From: Octopus bimaculoides
Taxonomy: Eukaryota
Length of the DNA: 64,000 bases
Reading direction: 5' to 3'
Assembly (NCBI RefSeq): GCF_001194135.2
Contig: NC_069000.1
Coordinates: forward strand, 9,637,785-9,701,784
In this document: piece after piece, positions 38,390-52,526 of the stretch
Layout of the letters: every line of letters starts with the position of its first letter
How positions within the stretch are numbered: the stretch's first letter is position 1
Made by a program: the position numbers and the translations under genes
The notes under the pieces: model-generated
Told to the model about the DNA's origin: nothing
Database searches by the model: none
The model's input: the letters and a program-made list of their open reading frames with translations, nothing else

Positions 38390-38559
38390 TGCATCAAACT
38401 AATACACCTTGTTTGTTGTTCCCTCACCTGTCTCTGTCTTTTGTTTAAACACACACACACACACACACACACACACGATCTTGAAATTTAGAATGAGTAA
38501 AATTGAGGTTTTGCCCTAAATAGAAAAACGCTAAGATGAGAGAGATGGAGGAATAGCTA

Positions 38560-38900
38560 TAATTGCAATATAATGGTCAGTCATTCATAACACAATGAGG
38601 CAACCCAGGAGAATGTGTGAAGCTGGCTAAATATACAAAAATTCTAGACCGCATCTGAAACAAACCCGTCAGAATAGTTGGCAAGGACCCACTCACTTAC
38701 ACACTAAAACCTTTTTGGCCCCAGCTGTCTTCTATCGCTAATACAGATGTTTCTTCTGCTCCACAAAACTATTTGCATACTACTTCCACCTGACACATCC
38801 TTCTTCCATACTAACTGCTATCCTCACCCCTTATTCCTTCATTGCTGGATTATCAATTCTCTGGAATTCCCTTCATATCTAAATTTCTTTCCTGCAGACT
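38560..38900 (+). mobile_element. Probable CR1/Jockey-like LINE 3' remnant; similar remnants at about 12330-12580 and 25900-26170
   Basis: Pyrimidine-rich decayed coding-like sequence ending in an LWNSL/LWNT-like motif (ctctggaattccc; ctctggaatactc). Confidence 0.35.
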
Positions 38901-41900
38901 TCAATTTATAGATGATAAATCTGAACATCAGCCACATCAATCTTGCCAATCTGGAAGGGCCTGTATGGGTCACAGGAATAGCCTCTTCTATTTCATCTGT
39001 CAGGAAGGGCTTGCAAAGGTTATGGATACAGCCTCTTCTATATAATGTGCTTGCAAAGGTCTGTGATGGTCATAGACACTGTTTGTTCTTTTGGTCTGTC
39101 TTAGGCCCTAGGACCCCACTAAGGCCGGAGCTTAACCTGGTTTCTATGATGTATAAATGAGTTAGACTACAACACCCCCACTTGAATAAGACGCCGGTCC
39201 ATCACGGGGTTGACTTCCCAGCTGTTGCTGGAACCTACATACAGCTGGAGAAATGTGAAATGAAATGTTTTGCTCAAGAACACAATGTGCTGCTTGAGTA
39301 ACAATTCTGTAAAAAATAGTAATAATAGTTATTATAAGCTTAAAGCCTATAAGTGAACACCATGTATTGACCGAAGAAAATAATCTAAATATTGGGGCAT
39401 ATTTGCCCCCAGCAGAAAAATGTGGGTTTCAGTATGTGCATACTGACACCTACTTTTTTCTGTCAAAGGCTTGTATGCCCCAATATTAGACTATTTTTCT
39501 TAGTCAATACAGGGTGATTGCTTTTAAGCTTTAAGGTTATAATAATAATAATAATAATAATTATTTACAAAATTGTCACTCATTATTATTATATATATAT
39601 CATCATCATCATCATTGTTTAATGTCTGCTTTCCATGCCGGCATGGGTTAGACAGTTTGACTGAGTACTTGCAAGTTGGGAGACTGCAAAAGGTTCCAAT
39701 CTGATTTGGCAAGGTTTCTACAGCTGGATGCCCTTCCTAACGCCAACCACTCCGAGAGTGTAGTGGGTGCTTTTTATGTGTCGCCAGCACAGGTGCCAGT
39801 CAGGCAGCACTGGCATCACTCCCGTTCGAATATGTCTGAAAATTTATGAATTAGTTGGAAAATTGAGGCAGCCAGCAGGGTCTAATTTTTAAATTTATTT
39901 ATTCATTTATTTATTTTAATTTCAAAAACCGGATCTGAATCTAAAGAAAGAAAAAGGGAGAAAAACAGAAATATTCATAATTCTTGTGTAAGTTTTTTTT
40001 GCAATTTTCATGTTTTTGCAGACACATAAAGTTCTGTCCACTGAGATACTTATATGTGTTGATAGTGGTTTGTTATCATTGATATTTACCAAGACATTAA
40101 GGTGGCGAGCTGGCAGAATCATTAGCATGCCAGGCAAAATGCTTAGCAGCACTTTGTTTGACTTCACATTCAGAGTAAATCCTTGTAACTTTGTGATTTG
40201 GCAAAAGAGACTGATAGAATTAGTGCTAGACTTACTTTGAAAAAAAAAAAAATTAAGTATTGGAGTCAATTTGTTTGACTAAACCCTTCAAATCAGAGCC
40301 CCATCATAGCTACAGTCCTATGACTAAAATCTATACACATACATATATACACACATATATATCTGCATATTACATAAACATTTATGTATGTGTACATACA
40401 AGCTCCTACATACATGGATGTATACATACTTACACATTCACAGTTATATGTGCCTGTAGGTGTGTGTGTGTGTTTGTGTATGCACACTAGTTCCCCAGTT
40501 TCCAAGTCATTAGCATACACGTTCTCCCATTCATATCATCAACAAAGATAACAGACAACCAATTTTCTTTCTGTTGCACAATTTATATTCTCCGTCTTCC
40601 CTTTTCTGTAGTTAATTTAATTTCCTGGCTCTATACAGAATTCTAGAAAATTCTACAATTCTATAGAATTTATTTTTTTCAATCTAATTTTAATCCTATT
40701 GATGCTGTTATTATTATTGTTGTTATGTATGTTTACCACTATCCCCTATCATGTCTCTGTCCTCTGCTCCAACTATTTAATTGAGAGTTGTTTTTTGTTT
40801 TTGTTTTTGTTTCTCTTTTCTTTCCTCTTTTCAAACATACTATGACGTAGAATCCAGGAGTTTTAATGAGAACAAGTTCTAATTTCAGGCTTTCTGTTTC
40901 TTTCTATATTTTATTTCCCTTCCGTTTAATTTTCATTTTAATTGTTGCTGATGTTTTGCTGTTTTATTTTATTTAATTTTATCTTATTTTTTTTTGAAAA
41001 AATTATTTAGTTCTCCATTGTGATTTGTTTGTTTGTTCATTTTTGTCTGCTTGTTTATTTGCTGTTTTCCCTATATTTTTATCATCATCATCATCATCAT
41101 CATCGTCGTCGTCGTTTCCATTGCAAACATCATTGTAATCACTATCATAACCATCAGTAATGACGCCATAGCCACTACTATGGTTTCATCATCATCATTA
41201 TTGTCATCATCATCATCATCATCATTAATGTAACCGCAATCTTCCAATACCACAAGCGATATTGCTATCCAAACTTTTTTTGTCATCATCTTTACCTTCA
41301 AACTACCACCACCATCACCATCACTTTATTTCACATTCTCTCCTCCTCCTCCTCCTCCTCATCATCATCATCATCATCATCACCACTACCACTACCACCA
41401 TTTGCAACATGTCTTTCATAAAGCCCTCTCTTCACAATTCCATAACTAACATCCAGTGATGTACTGAATATTAATACAATTGTCTTTGTTATTGTGGTAG
41501 TTGTTTCATAGCAAGAAAAGAAAAAGAGACCTTTCATTCATCTAATTCGTCAGATCTGCCCTAACTGACCACTGTCCATCCATTCTGTCTTTTTTATTTT
41601 TGAGCATGTTGTCCTAGACTGTAGACTTCTTTTAATGTTCTGCTCAAATTTGGAGATGGTAGAGAATTGGCATTTTTCAGAATTAATATTTGGTTTCATT
41701 GTTCTATAGAAGCCTTTACATTTGAGCCCCAGGGTTGTTGTTGATGTCTGTGTCGATAATTCTCAAAGTCATTTATGTGGTCACTTTATCTGGCCATTCC
41801 ACCATTCCATAATTAGCTCTGTTCTCCAAAATGGTGATATCAGAACTACAGGTGAAAGGGGTGGAGCAAAGGAAAGCATTGTCATGACTTCACGCAGCAC

Positions 41901-42090
41901 ATCGTTCTCACTCTGGCTCTGGCCAGCCTGCTGGTCGAAGCTATGTTCATATCAATGGTTCAATGTCACCTGGCTTGTTCCAGGTGTGTCAAAATGGGGA
42001 TGTAGGGGGGTGGGGGTGCAGGGTTTCAAAAGGTAATCTTGAATTGACATATGTGTGTTATAGAAATCTGCTATCATAGAAATCATCACT

Positions 42091-42125
<35 letters not shown>

Positions 42126-45100
42126 AAAAGAGCTGGATAAAATGCTTGCTGGAATTTCTTCTCGATCCTTGTGCACTGAGCTCAAATCCCACTGAGGTAG
42201 ACTTTGCCTTTCATCCTTTCAGAGTCAATAAAGTGAGTACCAGTCAAATACTGGGCTTCAAGGTATTGACTAATCCCCTTCCTTCTCTCAAAATTGTTGG
42301 CCTTCTGCCTAAATCAGAAACCATTATTATCTTTATTATTATTATTATTATTGTTATTATTATTATTATTATTATCATCATTATCATCATTATTGAAGGT
42401 GGCATACTGGCAGAACCATTAGCATGTCTTAGAAAATACTTAGTGGTATTTCTTCAGCTCTTTACGTTCTGAGTTCAAATCTTGCCAGGATCAACTTTGC
42501 CTTTCATCCATAATATTTGGGGCCAATAAAATAAAGTACCATTCTTACAATTATATATATATATATATATATGCGGATGTGTGTGTGTGTGAAGGTGCAT
42601 GGCCTAGTGGTTAGGGTGTTGTGCTCGCAATTGAGAGATCGTGATTGCAGTAAAACACTTCATTCCACGTGGCTCCAGTCCACTCAGCTGTCAATGGGTC
42701 ACCCTGTGATGGACTGGTGTTCCGATCAAGAGGAATGCTGGCCTACTTGCCTAACCAGTGGGGTGACATCATTCAAAAGTTAAAACAATGTGAGGAAGTA
42801 CATTGTGACCAGCAGTATATAACAACATCTGATATTCTGTTCGGTACATGATACACATGCACACACACACACACACACACGTTTATAAGCATAAATATAT
42901 CTGTATCTACAAAAATACACTTCATCTCTTTCTCACATATACTCACATCCTATTATACATACATACATGCAGTCATACTTACGTATATACATACCTACAA
43001 ATATACACATACATACATACATACATACATACATGCATGAATATTGGCATAGAGTCATGTCTGTGTTTGCCTGTGCGTAATAAAGGAATTGGAATAAATC
43101 TACAAGAAGATCTTCATCTAATTAGTAAACAAAAAAAAAAGTTGAGCTTTTGCCATCTCCCCCACCCCCCACCGTCCTGCAAAACATGATTATTTTATTA
43201 AAAATTTTTTTTTTTTAATTACTTCAACTACCACCACCGCCACCGCCACCACCACCACCACCACCACTTCTATACAACTGCTATTGCTCCTGCTGAAACT
43301 GTAGTAGAGATTCAGTTTTGTTAATGCTATCAATATTGGTCGATCTTTTAACTGAGCAATTGCGTATTGTTCATAGGATGGAATCAACAGATGTGATTGA
43401 TTGATTTTCAGATCAATGTCACATAATTTTTGTAAAGAAGAAGAAGAAGAAGAAGTAGAGAATATAATGGATGTTAACTTAATTGAATAGCTGCTTTGAA
43501 AATAAATTAATGAAAACTAGAGTACAGTGATGATATGATTCCATAATCCTCAATTTTGGAGTTTTTTGAAGGAACAGTGTTAAGAGGTGAGAGTTGGGTG
43601 GATTATCTTAAACTATTTATTTACATATTTATTTGGATATTTAACTTGTCTGTCTTATAACCAGTATTGACTTTTAGCTATGAAGAGAGGGTAACATATT
43701 TTTACAGGCCTTGTAGTTTGTAGCAGAGATGTTTTAGCCCAATGCTAACAGTTTGTCTGCAGTCATCAGGCTGGCCAGAAGAATCTGCAGTTTGTACCCA
43801 GTGTTTGAAACTGCTATTTCCATGATCAAAACATGTTATCTCTTAAACAGCTCAGTTTACCTAGCTGTAAATGAATACATAGGGTTGGTATAAATTTAAC
43901 TAGAGTGAGCAAAGGCAAGTGGATTGGCAGAATCTCTGGAGTGCTGGACAAAAAACGCATTGCGGATATTTAGCTACAGTTCTTCATATTATGTGTTGAA
44001 AACTTTCTGAGGTCAACTTCACCTTTTATTCTTTGATAAAATAAGTTTTAGGACTAGAAGCAATATAATTAACTCTCCCCCGTCTTCACTCATTGATGGA
44101 TGCTGCTGATCACTGAAAGATCAAGCAACTGACCCTTTTTATGGACTCTAGTACATGGATGAATAACTGTACTAATGTGTGTGTGTGTGTGTGTGTCTTT
44201 GTGTCTGTATTTGCCTTCCACCACTGCTTGACAACGAGTGTTGGTGTGTTTATACCCCTGTAACTTAACAGTTCGGCAAAAGATACCACTAAAATAAGTA
44301 CCAGGCTTAGAAAGAAAATAAGTACCGGGGTCGATTAGTTTGACTAAAATTCCTCAAGGTAGGGCCCCAGCATGGCCACAGTCTAATGACTGAAACAAGT
44401 AACAAGTAACAAAAAAAAAAAAAAAAATAAAATAAAAAGAAGATAATCATAAACTGTAAAGTTGGTAAGTGTTCATCTTTTTCTGGTTGTACAACTTCCA
44501 GGCTTAACTTTTTCTATAGAATCATCATCATCATCATCATCATCATGAAACCTCTAAGCAAGGACTGAGTTCCTTCCATTCCTCCTTAGTATGACCTTCA
44601 TCCAATTCCCCTCCATCTCTACCAGTCATTTGCCAAATGTTGAGTGTCTTTCATGGTTATCTTAATTTAGTTTATATATTTTGCGATCATTTACAGAACT
44701 GTTTCTCAACCAGGGACCCATGTGATCCTGGGAAGGGCAATGGGTCCATATAAGATTCTGTTGTTAAAGTTTATGTGCAATAAATTCATTATACTTCTAC
44801 AATCCACAAAACATTTTAGCAACTTTTTTTATACAATTTCAAATAATATTTAATGTCGATTGCCAGTGCCCCTCTGACTGGCTCTTGTGCCAGTGGCACA
44901 TAAAAAGCCCCAGCCGAATGTGGTCAATGCCAGTGCTTCCTGACTGGCTCCAATGCTGGTGGCACATAAAAAGCACTCACTACACTCTCAGAGTGGTTGG
45001 CATTAGGAAGGACATCCAGCTGTAAAAACCTTGCCAGATCAGATTGGAGCCTGGCGCAGCCTACTGGCTTGCCAGTCCTCAATCAAACCATCCAACCCAT

Positions 45101-45359
45101 GCCAAAATGGAAAATGGATGTTAAACGGTGATGAGGATCTAAAAATATAATAGGGAGGGTGAAAGGGAATCAGTCAAACATTTAAGTGCAGGCCCTGCAA
45201 TCCAAAATATTCCTTGGTTTTGTAGTTTAGAAATTCATTTCACACCCATGTAAATCTAGGTTAGATCCCACAGCATAGTACTTTAAATAAGTATCTTCTG
45301 CTTCAGATTGATCAATACCTTGTGAGTAGAATTTGATAAATAGAAACTGCAGAAGCCCA

Positions 45360-45447
<88 letters not shown>

Positions 45448-46833
45448 GTAAAGAATAAAAGGTTTTGAATGGTACAACAAAGCATTATAATACAAAAAAT
45501 GGACTATATACCTGTTGTAATTTATTTATCAATAGTCCAATGTTATTTCGGAATACAATTCCTTCTTCAGATTTTCTTAGATGGAGTCGCTGCTATAATA
45601 CACAATGCTTCAAGCAAACTACAATACTCTCCTATATATATATATGTATATATATGTATATGATGTATAAAGAAGCCCCCTACCTCCTCAGGCTTTGTAA
45701 ACTTGCAAGGTGCATGGGAACCTCAATGGTGCTGGTGGTATCCAAAGAAGTACCCAGTATACACTTTAAAGTGGTTAGCATTATGAAGGGCATCTGGCCA
45801 TAGAAACTTTACCAAAGCAGATACAGGAGCATGATGCAGTCCTTGAGCCCATCAGATCTTTGTCAAACTGTCCAATTCATATCAGTATGGAACATAGACA
45901 TTAAATGATGATAATGGTATATATGTATGTATATATGTATATATGTATATATATATATATGATGTATGCATGTATAGGTTTGTAAGTGTGTGTGTGGCCA
46001 TATCTGAGTCTTGTTTACTGGCATTGTGTGAAAAAGTATAACTTTGCTACTAAATAAACATAAATCAATAAAATGAGGACCAAACTGAAATAGGTACTAA
46101 AACCCTCGAAGGCAAAACCAATAACAGAACAAGAGAATGTCTATAGATTCTTATTCAGTCTGTGTTCTTACCATGGTCATCCTGTCTATGTCACTATCTG
46201 TCGATACAGATTGTGTCATGGCTTAAGCAAACTGTCGGTGTTCATCAGAGATGGCACATCATCCTTCCCACTACACGTTATAATGACTGACATGTACTAA
46301 CACTCCCACTTCACAGTTCAATTGTTAACATCATGAAAGGAGGCATCCAGATATGGAAAATAGTACATGCTCTGGCAATTCATATACAAATAACCACAAT
46401 TTCAAAAGCCATACTGATTTGCAAAAATGGAGTTTAAAATTGAAAAAAAAGAAACAAAAAAAATACAGAACAAAATGGAATAAAAGAGCAGAATGCTTTG
46501 AGCATTTTTGTTCATTAACAGTGCCTTGGTTGATTTTTTTAATTAATATTATTAGCCTGGCCACACTTGTGTTAGGTTTGAAATTTACATTTTTATTCCC
46601 CGGGCTTCACAGTATAAAGTCTGCCCTTTCACACAAAGCAGCATTGCTCTTGAGCAATTTACATTTGCATCATCCAACCAATTCATTAAAGATGACAAAG
46701 TAAAGAAATCACATTCTCCTAATGATTTGGAAAAACAACAACAGTAACAACAGCAGCAGCAAAGACAAAGCAACTATATGTTTGAAAATCACTACCATCA
46801 TTATCAACACTTATAATCACTACCATGCTTATT

Positions 46834-46890
<57 letters not shown>

Positions 46891-48143
46891 GTCATAATAG
46901 TAATAATAATAATAATAGTAACAATTGCAAAATCTTAAAGTCATTTTTGCCATTATTGTTACTATCACTGCCATGGGTCTTTTGCTGTTCCATTCTGTTC
47001 TATGTTCTTCAGTTCTTGCATGAGTTAGATAGGTGTACTATGCCAAATGCACAAAGTATTTAGAAAGAAAAGGTTTGATCTGTGTGCGTAAGTTTTTCTG
47101 TCTGTTTATTTGTAAATTTACAGCTATATTATTTTAATTGTGCATAGAAATATACTGTAATATACATATATATATATANNNNNNNNNNNNNNNNNNNNNN
47201 NNNNNNNNNNNNNNNNNNNNNNNNNNNNNNNNNNNNNNNNNNNNNNNNNNNNNNNNNNNNNNNNNNNNNNNNNNNNNNATATATATATTTATATATATAT
47301 ATATGTATGTATATATATATTTATGTATTTATATATATATATGTATATATTTATATATATGTATATTCACTACTTTATGCTTTGTATCAGCTTAGCTCCA
47401 TCTCTGCCCTCATTTATTCTTATCAAAAGGTGCCATTATTTGCTCACTGATTTATTTGTTCTGTTAAGTGACCATCACGCTAACAAATGTCTTAGGGGAC
47501 AGCTATTCCTTTCATTGAACCATTCATATTTATAAGCACTGTATTAGCTCATCCAAGCTCTTTTTCATCTTCACTCAATCTTATATATATATATGCCTTT
47601 ATTTATCTTTATCTAGCATTCAATTATATATATTTTTATGAATTTGATATTTTTTCCTCCCCAAATTTGTAGAGATAGTATTTTAATGATTAAATTGGAA
47701 TTAAAAATATTAATTGATTTTGTATCAGTGGCTGTGGTATTTAACTATCTCCTGTTTGATATTTTCATATATTCATGGCTTTTATTGAGCAATCACAGAA
47801 ATTTTAATATGTCAATTATGAGAATTCTTCATAGCATGACTGTCTAGTTTTTCTGTCTTTGAATTTTTAACAATTGTAGCACTACCAATATTATTACTAT
47901 TATGCATTCATTAACCTCAGCAGTTGGTCAGACAAGAATCTCAACTATCAATTCTATCTGTTTCTCAGTAACCTCTTCAAGTTTTGTTCTCTTAAAATCA
48001 ATCAAATAATACTTTGATACTCACAGATTCATTTATACATATATGCTTTATATGAATGTGTGTAAGTAATTATATGTAAACATATGGCTGTGCTCCAGTA
48101 TGGCCATAGCCAATTGACTTAAACCAATAAAAGAGTGTGTATA

Positions 48144-48194
<51 letters not shown>

Positions 48195-48243
48195 GTATAT
48201 ATGTATATATACACACACCACATACTTATTCATATATAAATGA

Positions 48244-48279
<36 letters not shown>

Positions 48280-48495
48280 ATATGTATATATATTCAGCTA
48301 TGGGCATATGTGTGTGTATTAGTATGTGTGCAGATCCATCTATATACCTATGTGTGTGTGTGTGCGTGTGTGTACATATATACACACACACATACATACA
48401 CACTGATTACTAACAAATAGGAAGAATAAACGAGTTTTCAATACTTGAAAGATCAATTCCTTTTGATAGAAATTTTGTTATTCTTCTGGAACCCA

Positions 48496-48625
48496 AGGTT
48501 TCATGCTGACAGAAATCAACATTATTCAACGAAAAATCAAATCGCAAATAACACTCTACCATTGTAGTTGACTTGTGATTTGAATTCTGGATTAATAATT
48601 ACTGATTTGTGTCAGCATGAAACCT
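48496..48625. mobile_element. Palindromic MITE-like element sharing the GTTTCATGCTGA core with 34488-34748
   Basis: Arms 48496-48518 and 48603-48625 are reverse complements at 22/23. Confidence 0.55.
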
Positions 48626-49067
48626 GAAAGACATCTAAAATTCTGTTAGAAATTGTGTGTGTGTGTATGGGGGTGTGTGTCTGATTATATCGAAAGTGAC
48701 TTTGAAGTTTCATCAGTAGTTTAAATTGTCATGTAACACCACTCACACACACACGCACACGCATGTGCATGTCTATGTGTGTGTTGCAAGTGTGTATACA
48801 CACATATAGATTGATTTTGATTTGCTAATTGTGGTCATTCATAAAGACACATGTGTTACAAGTAAAGTAAGAGCACATTGTATTTGCCATCTTGTTACAA
48901 TATGGCCAAGCACTGCAACTTTTGCAGCTCAGAAAACACTAGTGATTGTGAGGAAACATCATCTAAATGTACAGTAAATGCAGGGCTGGAATGGAACAAG
49001 GATCAAAACAATGAAGACAATGAATGATTACATGTATAAACTAAAACAGTATAAAATGATAAACATG

Positions 49068-49107
<40 letters not shown>

Positions 49108-49149
49108 TAATGATAATAATAATAATGATGCAGTACCATATGCCTGGAT

Positions 49150-49560
49150 GCAGTACCAGGCAGTGGCTCTTATGGCTTCTGATCTTAATTGATTGGAAGT
49201 GTTATCATGTACATTTTGTCTTGGTATAAAAGATGGCCTACAGCAAATATTCTGCTCAATACCACAGATTTGCTTGTCAGTTGTTTGACCTTCACCAGTT
49301 GAGCATGTCCCTTGGTGGCTGACATCTCTGATCATGAGTAGGAGTAGTGGGAGAGTATCATAGCCATGTGTTGAGAGGAATTCTTTGGGGTTTGAATAAT
49401 TCACCTTTGGAAACATGGGTGTTTTGTTCGACATCCTTAAACAAACCTTATTCAGGGACCTTTTGAGTGGGATGGGCTACTCGGCCTGAAGAAAATTCTA
49501 ACTAGGCCCCACCTGCAAGGTCATGCATTGTTTATCTTGATATGAGATCACCATGTCAGC
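49150..49560. repeat. Probable interspersed repeat next to an (ATA/ATG)n array, class uncertain
   Basis: Complex, GC-richer block that I recognise as a cephalopod-type repeat; only one copy in the window, so not verifiable here. Confidence 0.35.
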
Positions 49561-49739
49561 TCTTTATTCTAACCCTACAGAGTTATTTATCTTGCATTTT
49601 TCACTGTGAACACATATTTCAACAGCATTTTCAAGCATCATTACTACCATAGCAGTTATATTCATAACTACAGCCATCCCCTTATTACTATCTCTATTTC
49701 AATCTTGCTAATGTATTCAACACTGGTGTGATGCTTTTA

Positions 49740-50620
49740 AGTGTGATTAGGTTTCTTCTCTGAATGGAGTTTTTCCAAGGTACCAGCTTTCTGGAGAAGG
49801 TGTTTATTTTGTTCATTGAAACAGATTTTCTTGTATTCATTGCTCTGATTCATTGATCAAATAAATCAGCAAGATATCCTATTGTTTGTTAAATGATGAT
49901 TAAATGATGAGTGAATGCAAGTTTTAGCTCTGGAAAGCAGTGCCATCTCAATTTTCAGGTCATAAATACATTGCAGTACTTTGAGACAAAAAAGTGTACT
50001 TCAGTGCAAAAAAAGGGGTAGAAAATGGAGCTTCCACTTCCTTACAAAGTTATTTGAGAAGGAGGGATTGTAGAAGTTTTAATTTGATAAAAATGATTAT
50101 TTCTACAGATGGATTAAATAAAGTATGCAGATCATTACCATAAATCCATGACATTAATGCAACACATAAAAAAAATGAGTTGAAACGATGGCAGGGTTTA
50201 TCTGCTTTACACGTGCAACGAAACCTTTGATGGAGACTATTATTGCCTTTGCCCTGTCAGTGCATATTGTCTCACAAAGCAGCCACTGAAGCTCCTGATC
50301 TTCATTGATACTGCTGAAAATATTCCCATACATGTAGTTCCCAATTTACAGCAACAAAAGAAAACAATATTACCTGCATCTCAAGTCAGATAAATGCTAT
50401 AAGTTGTGCCTTTCCGCTGACAACAATAATCTCATCTAACTCTAATGCAAAGGCCTTACAGGAAGTTTTTGAGCAACATAATATTCTGCATCACATGATG
50501 TGTTGGATACATCAATGTTGTATATTGTTCAGCAATGGAATTTCCATTTTTTTCTTCGACAGCTTCTTGATTTAACATCATTAATGCAATTTATTTACTG
50601 GCTTGAAGAATTAACATTCA
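49740..50620 (-). mobile_element. Decayed hAT transposase (Buster/Charlie, ZBED5/SCAND3-like)
   Basis: Ordered blocks FALELDEIIVVSGKAQLIAFI, ICTDRAKA..KGFVARVKQ..STHF, LCKEVEA..TEV, GYLADLFDQ, NKINTFSRKLVPW; many stops and frameshifts. Confidence 0.75.
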
Positions 50621-51948
50621 CCAAGTGTGAGCTATCATTGTCTTGTTAGTTATTAGTAATTAGTGATGCTATGTATTATGCTAGAAGAGTCCTATCAATA
50701 AGTGACTTTGTTAATTATTCTCCATACCAGCATGGAAGATGGACATTAGAGGATGGTGATGATATATATGTGTGCTTGTACTTTGAAAGTGCATTATGAT
50801 TTACTAGATTATATCTTGACATTATTAATGTGTAGATTTTTGATAGTTGCAATATGTTTTATTACTGAAATTATAATATTAGGTTTATAATTGATTAACT
50901 AATAACTATTACAATTTTCTAAATGTACAAAAATATTGTAGTAGATCTAGGATTTCTTGCAGCACACCTGTATGTCACAGAAAACTGGTTGGGAATCATT
51001 GCATTAGAGTTTAATGTTATAATCTCAACAATGGATTGAGCTTATGAAGTTAGATGTGTGTGTGTGTGTGTGTGCACAGGCATGTATGTATATCTATGCA
51101 TGTACCTTTGTCTGCCTCTCTCCCTCTATATGTATGTATGTTTATTTTTATGTGAAGTTATATATAAAACGGATTTAACATTAAACCGAAGGATTACACA
51201 ATACTTTTTAACAGAATACATTTTTTAATTTTAACAAGGAAAAGGTTGAGAGTGACTTGGAAGTTTCTGCTTGTTTTCCATCATCCAACTCTATACATAC
51301 ATATTTATGTATATATATATATATATTTATATATAAATATATATATATTCCATTATGACCATTCCACTTTCTTATTAAGATATTGTTTCTAGTACTTCAT
51401 TATCAAATATATTCTTCTCTCTTTTAAGACAGTGAGTGTGTGGTGTAATTTAGGTGTACTTTTAACAAGACCAGTGACCCTGTAAAAGTTTCCTCATCGG
51501 TTTTTTAATTAGCTGGTTAATTAGTTATTGCTGTTGTTGCTTAGCCTCAGGTTATCTCTGATTGGGGCCAATCTATGATCCATGACAGTCCAACCGTAAC
51601 CATTCCCACTTTTTTTTTTCTTTTTCAAACATAACGTGATCCAAGACTATGGTTATCACATTTGTTCTTCCTGTTTAAAGATGATAGGTGTGATATGCAG
51701 GAGATTTGGCTGCCAGTTCTAGCAGGTCGACTGATTCCATACAGGCTTTCACCTTGGCTTGTCAATTAACGTGTTGTCTCGTTGTTTTGTATTCGTGTAT
51801 GTGGTTATCGTATCTCTGACTAAGCACTTGCTGTTTGTCATTTCCTTATCTGCTCTTGCCTCTCACTGTTACACACGCACATAACAAATGTATATACAGG
51901 TTTTTGAAGTTCAATGACAGGGACATTTGTTTTATCTATTACCATTGA

Positions 51949-51979
<31 letters not shown>

Positions 51980-52199
51980 GACTATTACTATTAAGATGGT
52001 GGATGGCCGAATTGGTAAAGCTTTCCATCAAAATGCTTTGTGGTATTTTGTTAAGCTCTTGTGTTCAGAAGCCACCTAGGCTGACTTTTGTATTTCATTC
52101 TTCTCAGGTCCATATTCTGAGAATAAGAACTAAGTCAAGTTCAGGGTATACACACATGCATATATATATGTATACATATACATATATATCATATACATA

Positions 52200-52265
<66 letters not shown>

Positions 52266-52493
52266 TATATATATGCGTATAAATAAACACATGAATATAT
52301 GCATATCTATATATGTATACTTACATACATATGTATTTATTAATGCACATATATGCATATATGTATACTTATATACGTATATATGTATACATACATACAG
52401 AGATATATATGTGTATGTATATACATATATGTATGAATGTGTCTAAATATACACATATATATATATAAGTATACATACATAGGCATATCTATG

Positions 52494-52526
<33 letters not shown>

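Noticed and set aside
29878-46310. Exact 15-mer ACTAACACTCCCACT at 29878 and 46296
   Set aside because: A match of this length is expected by chance in 64 kb, and the flanks do not align.
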